NCBI GenBank assembly: GCA_965204735.1
Contig: OZ242008.1
Location: forward strand, 1,216,001-1,280,000
Direction of reading: 5' to 3'
DNA length: 64,000 nt
Origin: Longimicrobiales bacterium
GTDB lineage: Bacteria; Gemmatimonadota; Gemmatimonadetes; Longimicrobiales; Gaopeijiaceae
Shown piece by piece: positions 38,008 to 46,987 of this stretch. The notes beneath the pieces were generated by a model that ran no database searches, was not told the origin of the DNA, and worked only from the letters and a program-made list of their open reading frames with translations. Both the position numbers and the translations under genes were made by a program. Every line of letters begins with the position of its first letter. The first letter of the stretch is position 1.

Positions 38008-39720
38008 CTACCACGCCGCGAGCTTCAGCTTCGCGTCCAGGCGGACCTGGCCCCCCCGGCCGTCGTCCTCGTCCACGGGATTGCCGCGCTTGTCGTACAC
38101 GCGGACGCGGAGTTCGGCCGCTTCGCGGTCCACCGTCACGTGCGAGAAGTTGTCGTCCTGGGAGAAGTTCCAGGCTCTGTAGTCCATTGCGACCTCCTGG
38201 TCCCGCGAGTCCAGGAAGCGAAACGTGTCTTTTTGGCCCTTGGCACGGGAGTCGTGGACGAAGTCGGAGGGTTCTCCGTCGGCGAACGGGAACGGCCAGT
38301 AGAACGCCGACGAGGTGACCGAGAACGCCTTGATCCGCTCGGCGTCCGGCGTGCCCGTCAGAACGATCTCCGCCACGTTGCAGCAGTGGATGTCGCCCGA
38401 CAGGAAGACGACGTTCTGCACGCCGGCGTCCACGATGCGGCGCAGCACCGCGGCGCGGGTGGCGGGGAACGCGGGCCAGCCGTCGCTCCGCTCCAGCGCC
38501 TCCGGCTCGGTCTCGGCCAGGGCCGTGCGGGCCGAGACGGGGTTGGGCACGAACACGCCCGACGTCACCACGAACTTGGGCGCGTTGCCGCGTGCGGCCT
38601 GCTGCTCGGCCAGCCAGTCGAGCAGCCGCCGCAGCTGGCCGGGAGGCGCGTCGGGCGGGGCCGGACGGCCGAGCAGGTTGTTGCGCGACAAGTCGCCCTT
38701 GGGTCCTTCGATGAACCGCTGCGTGCGCGTGTCGAGCACGAAGAACGGCAGGCCGCCGCAATCGAAGCGGTAGTAGAGATGACGGCCCCATGTCCGCGGT
38801 CCGTGGCTCCACTGGTAGCTCAGGTAGGCGTCCACGGCGATCGTGAACAGCTGGTGCTTGGCCCGGTGGAGGCGGTCCTGGGACCAGTTGTCCTCGATCT
38901 CGTGGTCGTCCAGGATCATGTACGTCGGCAACCGCTGCATGAGCCGCCGAATCCGGGGCGACCCGAACGCGGTCAGGTAGCGGTCCCGGAACTCGCGGTA
39001 CGTGTCGGCCCGCCCGAACGGCACGAACGTGCCGAGCATGTCGGCGTAGATCTGGTCGCCCACCATCAGCACGAAGCGGGGGCGGTCGGCGCGCCCGGGC
39101 GCGGCCTCGTCGGGGTCCGGGTTGGCCGCCTTTCCCTCGGCCAAGCGGGCCATCGGCGCGAAGATACGGTCCGAGTGGCGCACCTTCCACAGCAGACCCG
39201 GATAGCGGCAGGAGCCCAGCAGAAAGCTGACCCGGCCTCCGTCCCGGCCTTCCGCCGGGAACGTGCGGACGACCGCGCCGGCCTTGACGGGGTCCAGGCG
39301 GCGCAGGTCGTCGCGCCAAGCGCTCGAGTGCGTGAGCCGGCGCAGCAGCGCGTCGTCCTCGAACTCGTCGTCGTCGTCCAGCGCGTCGTCGAGTACGAGG
39401 CATCCGACCCGGACCTCGTACTCCGAGTCGGGCTCCAGGGCGAACAGCGTCTTGTCCTCCGGCAACCGGATGTCGTGCTCGCCCAGGTTGATGCTGCCGC
39501 TGCGGTCGAACTCGCGGCGGAGCCGGAAGTACGCCGTCGGCATCGGGTCGAGCGCCGCGCCGTCCTTCGACAGGACGCCGATGACCGCCATCGTCCGGCG
39601 GGCAGAGTCCGGGTGGTCCCCGCCGTCGGTCGCCGGGTCGGCGCGCACCCAGATGCGGCTGGTCGTCGCCGTCGTGTGCCCGACGATGGGGCCGAGTCCG
39701 GGAAGGCGAAGCGCGGACAC
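38008..39720 (-). CDS. PhoD-like (alkaline phosphatase D family) metallophosphoesterase
   Basis: GSC, GDQIYAD, DDHEIEDNW, LDTR and SGDIH motifs; no evident Tat signal. Confidence 0.88.
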   Translation of the reverse strand: MSALRLPGLGPIVGHTTATTSRIWVRADPATDGGDHPDSARRTMAVIGVLSKDGAALDPMPTAYFRLRREFDRSGSINLGEHDIRLPEDKTLFALEPDSEYEVRVGCLVLDDALDDDDEFEDDALLRRLTHSSAWRDDLRRLDPVKAGAVVRTFPAEGRDGGRVSFLLGSCRYPGLLWKVRHSDRIFAPMARLAEGKAANPDPDEAAPGRADRPRFVLMVGDQIYADMLGTFVPFGRADTYREFRDRYLTAFGSPRIRRLMQRLPTYMILDDHEIEDNWSQDRLHRAKHQLFTIAVDAYLSYQWSHGPRTWGRHLYYRFDCGGLPFFVLDTRTQRFIEGPKGDLSRNNLLGRPAPPDAPPGQLRRLLDWLAEQQAARGNAPKFVVTSGVFVPNPVSARTALAETEPEALERSDGWPAFPATRAAVLRRIVDAGVQNVVFLSGDIHCCNVAEIVLTGTPDAERIKAFSVTSSAFYWPFPFADGEPSDFVHDSRAKGQKDTFRFLDSRDQEVAMDYRAWNFSQDDNFSHVTVDREAAELRVRVYDKRGNPVDEDDGRGGQVRLDAKLKLAAW

Positions 39721-39725
39721 GGGCT

Positions 39726-42700
39726 CTACCGCCGCCAAGCGGCCGGCGCGGGCACGCCGCGGCTCACCTGGACCTCCAGTCCCGGCTCTGGAAGCCCCCG
39801 CGCCCCGTCCGTCCCGGCTGGGCCGCGGACTCCCGAACCGGACCAGTCGCGCAGGATGCCGCGTACCCTGCCAGTGGCCGGGTCCCGCAGCAGTGCCGCC
39901 GCTGGGCCGGACTGCGCGTCCATGGCCACCGAGCCGTCTGGACCCGTCAGCACGATTCGCGACAGCGCGTCCGCCCAGCTCGACTCCGTCGGAAGCGCGA
40001 GCGCGAACGACTGTCGGCCGTCTCCGTCCGCCGTCTCGGCCATCTCGAAGCGCCGGGTGAAGAGCACGCGGCCGTCTTCGGCCTCGCCGGCGAGCTGCCA
40101 AGCACCGGTACCGTCCAGCGGGGTCGGCGGCGCTTCGACCACGAACGCCGGGTTCAGGAACGGGCGCCCGTCGGCGCCGGCACCGCCCCAGAGCAGAAGG
40201 GCGCGCACCGGCAGTGCGGCCCCGATTCCGGTTTCGTCCTGCAGGCGCCACCGCAACGCGTTTGCAAAGTGGTAGTCGCTGATTCCGCCCCAGTTGCAGT
40301 AACCCATCACGTCGCGAGCATTCGGAGGCACCAAGCTGCGGGAACGATGATCCCAGCCCCACGCACCACTGCGCCCTTTGGCGTGCGGATACCCAGGATC
40401 AGGGCCTCCTGCGCCTCCGCAGGGTGCATGCCATAGGTGCATGTTGTGTCCGAATTCGTGTGCAACGACCCCTCCGTCCGGTGTAGAAAACATGACTCGG
40501 CCGGGAACATACGCAACTCCACCCCCAACACCCCCCATGGTGCCCATGTAGTAGCCTGCTCCACCCTCCATGACCCGAATCGCTTCGGTCTCACCCAGCT
40601 GCCATCCCTTGGTAGAAGTCCAAACGGGCTCGTGAACGGTTACTCTCATGCGCCCCACGGGAAGCCAGCTGCGAGTCTCCTTGAAGAGTGGGGCCTCGGG
40701 CGAAAGACCCCGGGTCACGTTCAGAATCGACGAGTCCGGCACCGTCTCCCAAAGAAAAGGCACCACCGTCACGTCGAACGTCGGCATCTCGTACACGTCC
40801 AGCGTCGTCCGCCCTACCTCCGGGACACGTCGCGGGACGCCCAGCTGCGGGTCGAGCGCACCTTCCGGGTCCAACACCACCACGATCTCGACGCCCGGAC
40901 GCAACACTTCTCCCGGAACCGCGGCGTTCGTAGACAGGTCAAGGCTGCGTTCAGCCGCTTCGGTCTGCGCTGGTATCGCTCCAGTTCCCGGCGATAATGG
41001 AACGCTGTGCTTGGAACCGTCCTGCTGATAGAACGTCGCCACGCCAGATGGAACGCGCACACCTTCAGCATCTGGAGCCGCCACCAACACGCGCAGCAAC
41101 CCTGGCCTGCCCGCGACCAGCGGCACGGGAAAGTCCGGCGACTGGACCGTCTGCACGACGTACGCCGTGGCAGTCGCCAAGGCTGTTTCCGTCCGCGTCT
41201 CGCATATGCGAACGTACCGATTCCAGAACGACCTCATCTGCAACCGCGTGGCGAAATCGCCGCCAACACACAGCCTCGTGCCAGTCGCGCTGAGGGAGCT
41301 CAGTCGACGCCAGTTGGCTATTGGCAATAGTCCAACCAGGTCCGCATTGCCCGACAGGTACAGGTGCGTCAAGTTGGCCAAGCCGCCCAGCTCGCGAGGT
41401 ATCTCGCCCGTCAAGTCGTTGCCCGACAGGTACAGGTGCGTCAAGTTGGCCAAGCCGCCCAGCTCGCGAGGTATCTCGCCCGTCAAGTCGTTGCCCCCCA
41501 GGTGCAGCCAGTCCAAGTTGGCCAAGCCGCCCAGCTCGCGAGGTATCTCGCCCGTCAAGTCGTTGCCCGACAGGTACAGGTGCGTCAAGTTGGCCAAGCC
41601 GCCCAGCTCGCGAGGTATCTCGCCCGTCAAGTCGTTGCCCCCCAGGTGCAGCCAGTCCAAGTTGGCCAAGCCGCCCAGCTCGCGAGGTATCTCGCCCGTC
41701 AAGTCGTTGCTCCACAGGTGCAGCACCCTCAAGTTGGCCAAGCCGCCCAGCTCGCGAGGTATCTCGCCCGTCAAGTCGTTGCCCCACAGGAACAGCACCC
41801 TCAAGTTGGCCAAGCCGCCCAGCTCGCGAGGTATCTCGCCCGTCAAGTCGTTGCCCCCCAGGAACAGATCCCTCAAGTTGGCCAAGCCGCCCAGCTCGCG
41901 AGGTATCTCGCCCGTCAAGTCGTTGCCCCCCAGGTGCAGCCAGTCCAAGTTGGCCAAGCCGCCCAGCTCGCGAGGTATCTCGCCCGTCAAGTCGTTGCTC
42001 AACAGGTGCAGCTCCCTCAAGTTGGCCAAGCCGCCCAGCTCGCGAGGTATCTCGCCCGTCAAGTCGTTGCCCCACAGGTCCAGGCTTCTGACGCGACCAC
42101 TTGCGTCCGTTTCGACTCCGTGCCAAACGTCCAGCGGCACGTCGGTCAGCCAGTTGTCGCTCCTGCTCCAGTCTTGGCCGCCTGTCGCATAGAAGAATGT
42201 CTCGAGGATGTCGCGGTCCGTCAGCGGCGGGCACTCGGTGCCCGTGCCGGAATGCGAGCGGACTGATCGCAACCAGGCTCGGAATGCTGGATCGGCCGGT
42301 ATGCACACTTTCGTGCCCTCGTACGACAAAACCCGCAACGGCAACGCAGTCATTCCCGACGCAAGGCGACCGTTCAATCGGCCGTTGCCGCCGAGCCGCA
42401 ACTCCCGGAGTGCCCGAAGAGACGCCCAGTTTCCTGCGAGCACACCGGACAAGTCGTTAGCAGTCAAGTCAATGCCTACGACGCGGCCGGACAAGGAGTC
42501 CGTCTCTATACCGTACCAGTCAGCCAAGGGCCCCGGCTGAAGCCACCCACTGGATGATGCCCACTCGGAACCGCCAGTCGCGTGGTAGAATGAGCGAAGC
42601 GCCGCAGCCTCGGCCTCGTGGCAGAACGGCCCACGGCTTCGTTCAAGTCCTTGCACAAAGTCGATGAAGCTTCGCGTGCCAGGCGCACACAAGCCAGCAT

Positions 42701-43643
42701 TATCTGACCAGAACAAACCTCTCAGGACGCTTGAACGGGCTAGTTCGTGCGGTACCTCACCGCTCAAGTTGCTGTTGGTCACGGCTAGCCACTCCAAGTT
42801 GGCCAACTCACCCAGATCCGACGGGAGGCCGCCGGTGAAATCGTTGCCCTGCAAGTACATTTCTCTCAGACTGGTCAAACTGCCCAATTCTGATGGGACC
42901 TTACCAGTCAAATCGTTCAGGTACAGGTTTTCCAAGTTGGACAAGTTGCCCAGCTCTAGCGGGATCTCGCCGCCAGAGGTCGCGATGGCCAGGGAAATGA
43001 GCCTTGACAAGTTGCCCAATTCTGGTGGTATGTCGCCGCGAAAGTCGTTAAATTGCAGGGACAGCGTCGTCAAGTTGGACAAGTTGCCCAGTTCCCGAGG
43101 TATCGCTCCCGTCAGGTTGTTGTTGTTCAGATCCAGCGTCGTCAAGCTGGACAAGCCGCCCAGTTCCCGAGGTATCTCGCCGGTCAGGTTGTTGTCGCGC
43201 AGAGACAGCGTCGTCAAGCTGGACAAGCCGCCCAGTTCCCGAGGTATCTCGCCGGTCAGGTTGTTGTCGCGCAGAGACAGCGTCGTTAAGTTGGACAAGC
43301 CGCCCAGCTCCCGAGGTATCTCGCCCGTCAGGTTGTTGCCGGAAATCGTTAACTCTAGAACGTGACCACTTTCGGACGCCCTGACTCCGTGCCAAGTGTT
43401 CAGCGATGCGCCGGTCAGCCAGTTGTCGCTGTTGTCCCAGTCCGGGCCGTTAGTCGCCTCGTACAGAGCCACCAGCACGGCGCGGTCGCCAGCCGCCGTC
43501 GCGAAAGCGCTTGCGCCGCCGCCAGCCGGCGCGACCAGGGGCTCGGTCAGCTCGTCGTTGCAGGCCGTCGCCGCGAGCACGAAGGCGAATGCGGCAACCA
43601 CATGCTGGCGTGCAGTCTTGTTGTTGAGGATGTCGCGACGCAT
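39726..43643 (-). CDS. Large LRR lipoprotein with a C-terminal M66-like metallopeptidase
   Basis: AAGGAG plus ATG at 43643; ATAC lipobox; three LRR blocks with DRxxLxxxYxATxGxxW caps; HEFGHNMHLWHAPC. Confidence 0.88.
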   Translation of the reverse strand: MRRDILNNKTARQHVVAAFAFVLAATACNDELTEPLVAPAGGGASAFATAAGDRAVLVALYEATNGPDWDNSDNWLTGASLNTWHGVRASESGHVLELTISGNNLTGEIPRELGGLSNLTTLSLRDNNLTGEIPRELGGLSSLTTLSLRDNNLTGEIPRELGGLSSLTTLDLNNNNLTGAIPRELGNLSNLTTLSLQFNDFRGDIPPELGNLSRLISLAIATSGGEIPLELGNLSNLENLYLNDLTGKVPSELGSLTSLREMYLQGNDFTGGLPSDLGELANLEWLAVTNSNLSGEVPHELARSSVLRGLFWSDNAGLCAPGTRSFIDFVQGLERSRGPFCHEAEAAALRSFYHATGGSEWASSSGWLQPGPLADWYGIETDSLSGRVVGIDLTANDLSGVLAGNWASLRALRELRLGGNGRLNGRLASGMTALPLRVLSYEGTKVCIPADPAFRAWLRSVRSHSGTGTECPPLTDRDILETFFYATGGQDWSRSDNWLTDVPLDVWHGVETDASGRVRSLDLWGNDLTGEIPRELGGLANLRELHLLSNDLTGEIPRELGGLANLDWLHLGGNDLTGEIPRELGGLANLRDLFLGGNDLTGEIPRELGGLANLRVLFLWGNDLTGEIPRELGGLANLRVLHLWSNDLTGEIPRELGGLANLDWLHLGGNDLTGEIPRELGGLANLTHLYLSGNDLTGEIPRELGGLANLDWLHLGGNDLTGEIPRELGGLANLTHLYLSGNDLTGEIPRELGGLANLTHLYLSGNADLVGLLPIANWRRLSSLSATGTRLCVGGDFATRLQMRSFWNRYVRICETRTETALATATAYVVQTVQSPDFPVPLVAGRPGLLRVLVAAPDAEGVRVPSGVATFYQQDGSKHSVPLSPGTGAIPAQTEAAERSLDLSTNAAVPGEVLRPGVEIVVVLDPEGALDPQLGVPRRVPEVGRTTLDVYEMPTFDVTVVPFLWETVPDSSILNVTRGLSPEAPLFKETRSWLPVGRMRVTVHEPVWTSTKGWQLGETEAIRVMEGGAGYYMGTMGGVGGGVAYVPGRVMFSTPDGGVVAHEFGHNMHLWHAPCGGAGGPDPGYPHAKGRSGAWGWDHRSRSLVPPNARDVMGYCNWGGISDYHFANALRWRLQDETGIGAALPVRALLLWGGAGADGRPFLNPAFVVEAPPTPLDGTGAWQLAGEAEDGRVLFTRRFEMAETADGDGRQSFALALPTESSWADALSRIVLTGPDGSVAMDAQSGPAAALLRDPATGRVRGILRDWSGSGVRGPAGTDGARGLPEPGLEVQVSRGVPAPAAWRR
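41349..42089. repeat. 72 bp LRR array: ten copies of an invariant 51 bp scaffold alternating with 21 bp variable segments
   Basis: Scaffold copies start at 41370 + 72n (n = 0 to 9). Confidence 0.97.
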
Positions 43644-43675
43644 GGCCGTTCTCCTTGGTTTCCTTGCCGGCCGTC

Positions 43676-45475
43676 TCATTGCGGCCGTCGGCTCCCGATC
43701 AGCATGAACTCTCCCGACGACCGGCACAGCGTCGGCCGCGACGATGTGCCCGGGCTCGGCCACGAACGTCCCGGGCACGCGCTCGCTGCACTCGGCTGGG
43801 AGTTTCCAGCGACCGGCCGGAACTCGATTCGGCCGGCCGGCCTGACAACGGCGACAAGGACTGGTGCCGGCGCTTCGGAGCCCGATCCGCCGGGCCGTTG
43901 CGCGACCACCGGTCCCGCTGCCCGGAGGCCGCCCGCTGCAAGAACCCTCACCTTGATCGCCGACGAACAATTGTTGCCCGTGTTCGCCTCCCCCTCCACC
44001 GCGGCCACGCACTCGCCCACCCACAACACGGTCCCCGGCGACGCCGACCGCCTCACGGTCATCGAGGCAATCCCCTGCACCGCCTCGCCCGGGCCGAGGA
44101 CCGGCACGCGAGTGACCTGGCCCACCGGGTCGTCCGACGTCGTGACCACGGAATCGGTCGACAGGAACGCGCCCACCGTCGTCGCAACCGACGCCGCGGC
44201 GCCACGGTTCCGTATTTCCACGACGTACTTGAAGCTGCCCCCCGGAGCGACCACCACGCTGTCCGGCGACACACCCGCCACTAGGTCCGGCCGGCCGGTC
44301 ACCTTCACCTTGATCGCCACCGAACAGTTGTTTCCCGTGTCCGATTCCCCCTCCACCGCGTCCATGCACTCGCCCACCCACAACACCGTCCCCGGCGACA
44401 ACGACGCGCCCACCGTGAACGTCGCGACCCTGCTCGCCGACTCGCCCGCGCCCAGCTCCGGCACGTCCGACGCCTCCCCCACCTCCTCGTCCGACATCGT
44501 GACCACCGAGTCCGGCGACGCGAGCATCCTCGCTTTCGTCGCAGCCGCCGGGCCAGCACCTCGGTTCTGGATTGCCACCACGTACTCGAAGCCGCCCCCA
44601 GGCGCGACCGACACGCTGTCCGGCCACGAACTCACATAGGACAAGTCCGGCCGGCCCGTCACCGTCACCTTGATCGACTCCGAGCAGTTGTTGCCCGTGT
44701 CCGTCTCCCACTGCACCGGGTCGACGCACTCGCCTACATAGAGGACCGTGCCCAGCTCCGCCGCCGAACTCACCGTGAACGAGCCCGTCCTGCTTGCCGA
44801 CTCGCCCGGACCCAGGCTGGGCACGGGGGCCGGGACACCCACCACTTCGTCCGAGGTCGTGATCACGTTGTCGGCCGACACGAACGTTCTCGCTCGGGTC
44901 GCTGCCGCCGTCGTGTCACCCCGGTTGCGTACAATGGCCACGTATTCGAAGCTGCCCCCCGCCCAAGTCGCCGCGTTGCCGGGCGACAGGCTCGCAATCA
45001 AGTCCGGCAGGACCGCGACCGCCGTCGCCCGGACCTCGGTCGACACGCCTTCCCGTACCGTTGCCGCCAGCACTTGCTCGCCGACCGAGTCGCCCAGCGT
45101 CCATGTCGTGGCCGCGAGCCCGGCCGAATTGCTTCTTGTCGCCCACGGATCGGCTGCGCCGTGGCCCTCCGTCGGCACGAACGTGACCGTCGCACCCGCC
45201 ACTGGCGAACCGCCCGCGTCCAAGAGCCGCACGACGACGGGCTCCCGAAGCGGCTCGCCGACTCGGGCCCACTGGTCGGCGCCCGCAAACGGCTCCACTA
45301 CCGCGGTCGCTCCTCCGTCCGGACCCGTGCCCGAGTCGCCCCCGCAAGCGGCAAGCCCCGATGCGACGACGGTAACCGCCAGAGATGGCCACTTGCCACG
45401 ACTTGGGCCATGTCGGCTTGGCTCCAAGGCGGCAAGCCCGCGCTCCGGCTTCCGCAGGACACCGACCGCCTGCAT
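43676..45475 (-). CDS. Lipoprotein with an Ig-like domain and three CARDB domains, paralog of 28238-31057 without the peptidase (possibly truncated)
   Basis: GLAAC lipobox; near-identical N-terminal DNA to the other copy; low-complexity tail. Confidence 0.75.
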   Translation of the reverse strand: MQAVGVLRKPERGLAALEPSRHGPSRGKWPSLAVTVVASGLAACGGDSGTGPDGGATAVVEPFAGADQWARVGEPLREPVVVRLLDAGGSPVAGATVTFVPTEGHGAADPWATRSNSAGLAATTWTLGDSVGEQVLAATVREGVSTEVRATAVAVLPDLIASLSPGNAATWAGGSFEYVAIVRNRGDTTAAATRARTFVSADNVITTSDEVVGVPAPVPSLGPGESASRTGSFTVSSAAELGTVLYVGECVDPVQWETDTGNNCSESIKVTVTGRPDLSYVSSWPDSVSVAPGGGFEYVVAIQNRGAGPAAATKARMLASPDSVVTMSDEEVGEASDVPELGAGESASRVATFTVGASLSPGTVLWVGECMDAVEGESDTGNNCSVAIKVKVTGRPDLVAGVSPDSVVVAPGGSFKYVVEIRNRGAAASVATTVGAFLSTDSVVTTSDDPVGQVTRVPVLGPGEAVQGIASMTVRRSASPGTVLWVGECVAAVEGEANTGNNCSSAIKVRVLAAGGLRAAGPVVAQRPGGSGSEAPAPVLVAVVRPAGRIEFRPVAGNSQPSAASACPGRSWPSPGTSSRPTLCRSSGEFMLIGSRRPQ

Positions 45476-45515
45476 CAGGCTCGCGAGAGGCCACCGAAGC
45501 CGTGACGCTTCTCTG

Positions 45516-46118
45516 CTACGACATCCACAGCGAAGCGATCAGCACGAAGGCACCGAAGGCAAGCATCAGAAGTATCCGAAAGTCTCGTCTGCTCCGCTTC
45601 AATGCCTTGCCTTGCGCATCGGCTAAGTCACGAACTTCCTCACGGGTATCGTCGTGCACTTTTAGGAGTCGCCGGACCTCGTTCTGGAGTTGGTCGACCT
45701 TCTCCCGAGCGTCTTCGTGCTTCGCTAGGAATCGACCAATCTCCTGTCGAGTTTGATCGTGTTCCTCTTGGATTCGGCTGACGGCCTGTTGGTTGTTCTT
45801 GTTCCCTTTCGATATCAGGTTAGGAAACCGCGCCAATAACGCGGACGCGAGGCCCAATAACGCGGACACGAGGCCAATGTTCCACTTCCACCTCTCCGTC
45901 TCCCCCTCCCTTTGAGCCTCGTCGGGGACGCCTCCCTGGTCCGCCGCTCCTTGGTAGCGAGACCACCCCACTGTCTCTCCCGGAAGCGAGATCGTGTTGA
46001 TAAATGGGATTTCGACGATGGCGGTGGCCTCGACGGGTGCCGCCACGCCGCAACCAGTGAAGAAGTATGCGGCGGTGGCGAGGAGGTAGTAGTAGTAGTA
46101 GTAGCGTCGTCCTGCCAT
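45516..46118 (-). CDS. Hypothetical membrane/coiled-coil protein with a Tyr6 N-terminus
   Basis: Three hydrophobic segments and a central coiled coil; lies downstream of promoter motif C. Confidence 0.5.
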   Translation of the reverse strand: MAGRRYYYYYYLLATAAYFFTGCGVAAPVEATAIVEIPFINTISLPGETVGWSRYQGAADQGGVPDEAQREGETERWKWNIGLVSALLGLASALLARFPNLISKGNKNNQQAVSRIQEEHDQTRQEIGRFLAKHEDAREKVDQLQNEVRRLLKVHDDTREEVRDLADAQGKALKRSRRDFRILLMLAFGAFVLIASLWMS

Positions 46119-46166
46119 TGGATTGGCTCCGTGAGTGGGTTGGACGGAGTCACCTTGATTGAATCA

Positions 46167-46218
46167 ATCATAGCCCCTGCGATCGGACACAACTACGTCA
46201 GAAGCAGGTCAATATGCG
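46167..46218 (-). promoter_or_regulatory. Conserved promoter-like motif, copy C
   Basis: Minus strand reads CGCATATTGACC-N5-CTGACG-TAGTTG-N17-TATGAT. Confidence 0.6.
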
Positions 46219-46378
46219 GCATATTGCGTGAACGGGAGCGATGTGCGGACAGCCAGATGCGATGTGGGCGTTCGCGTGCATGGCGTGCGTCCGCTCTCGC
46301 GACGGCCCGGCCCGCTCCAACATGCGCCGACGAGATACTGGTCCTCCTGATCTGGCGGGGAAAGCCAATCGCCCGAAA

Positions 46379-46935
46379 GGCTTGACCGGCGCGTTACCCT
46401 GTAGGCCATGCCGACTCCCAGGCCCGGGATCGGCGAGGCACTCGCAGATCCGACTGACCGGCCGACCCCGGGGAAAGGCGAGCAACCCGATGGACTTCCT
46501 CACCAGCGACGCATTCATAACCATCGTTTCCGTCGTCGGCTCCGTCGCGGGGCTTCTGCTGGCGCTGCGGGCCGACATCGGAAGCCGCATCGACCGGCTG
46601 GAGGAGCGCGCCAAGGAGAGGGACCAAGCCCTCGGACAGCGCATCGACCGGCTCGAGGATCGGACTCGGGCCGATCACTTGAAGCTCGTCGCGGAGATCA
46701 ACGAGCTGAAGACGGACATGGGCGCCCAAATCAACGAGCTGAAGACGGCCATGGCCACCCAAATCGCCGAGCTGAAGGCGGCCGTGAGCGCCCAGATCGC
46801 CAAGCTGACGACGGCCGTGAGCGTCGTCGACGCCAAGCTCGACGAGAGATCGGCGCCGCAGGGGCTCGTGGTCAAGGAACCCTCCGGGGACTACGCGGCG
46901 GACGACGAGCCGGAGGGCGGCCCGGAGCCGTGACG
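46379..46935 (+). repeat. Right diverged direct repeat bounding the island
   Basis: Homologous to 19254-19710 with a 99 bp in-frame expansion. Confidence 0.9.
46490..46933 (+). CDS. Small TM plus coiled-coil protein (copy 2, three extra 11 aa repeats)
   Basis: Starts MDFLTSDAFIT; 147 aa versus 114 aa for copy 1. Confidence 0.75.
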   Translation: MDFLTSDAFITIVSVVGSVAGLLLALRADIGSRIDRLEERAKERDQALGQRIDRLEDRTRADHLKLVAEINELKTDMGAQINELKTAMATQIAELKAAVSAQIAKLTTAVSVVDAKLDERSAPQGLVVKEPSGDYAADDEPEGGPEP

Positions 46936-46987
46936 CATCCGTCGGGCCTTCCCAAGTGCGGGCCGTGCGACGTTCGCGGCTCGCGGC

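Noticed and set aside
41349..42089. CRISPR-like constant/variable periodic array
   Set aside because: The 72 bp period is in frame and encodes LRRs; the variable parts recur and keep fixed Leu codons; no cas genes are present
39726..43643. Diversity-generating retroelement target
   Set aside because: No reverse transcriptase or TR/VR pair is visible, and the variation does not look adenine-specific
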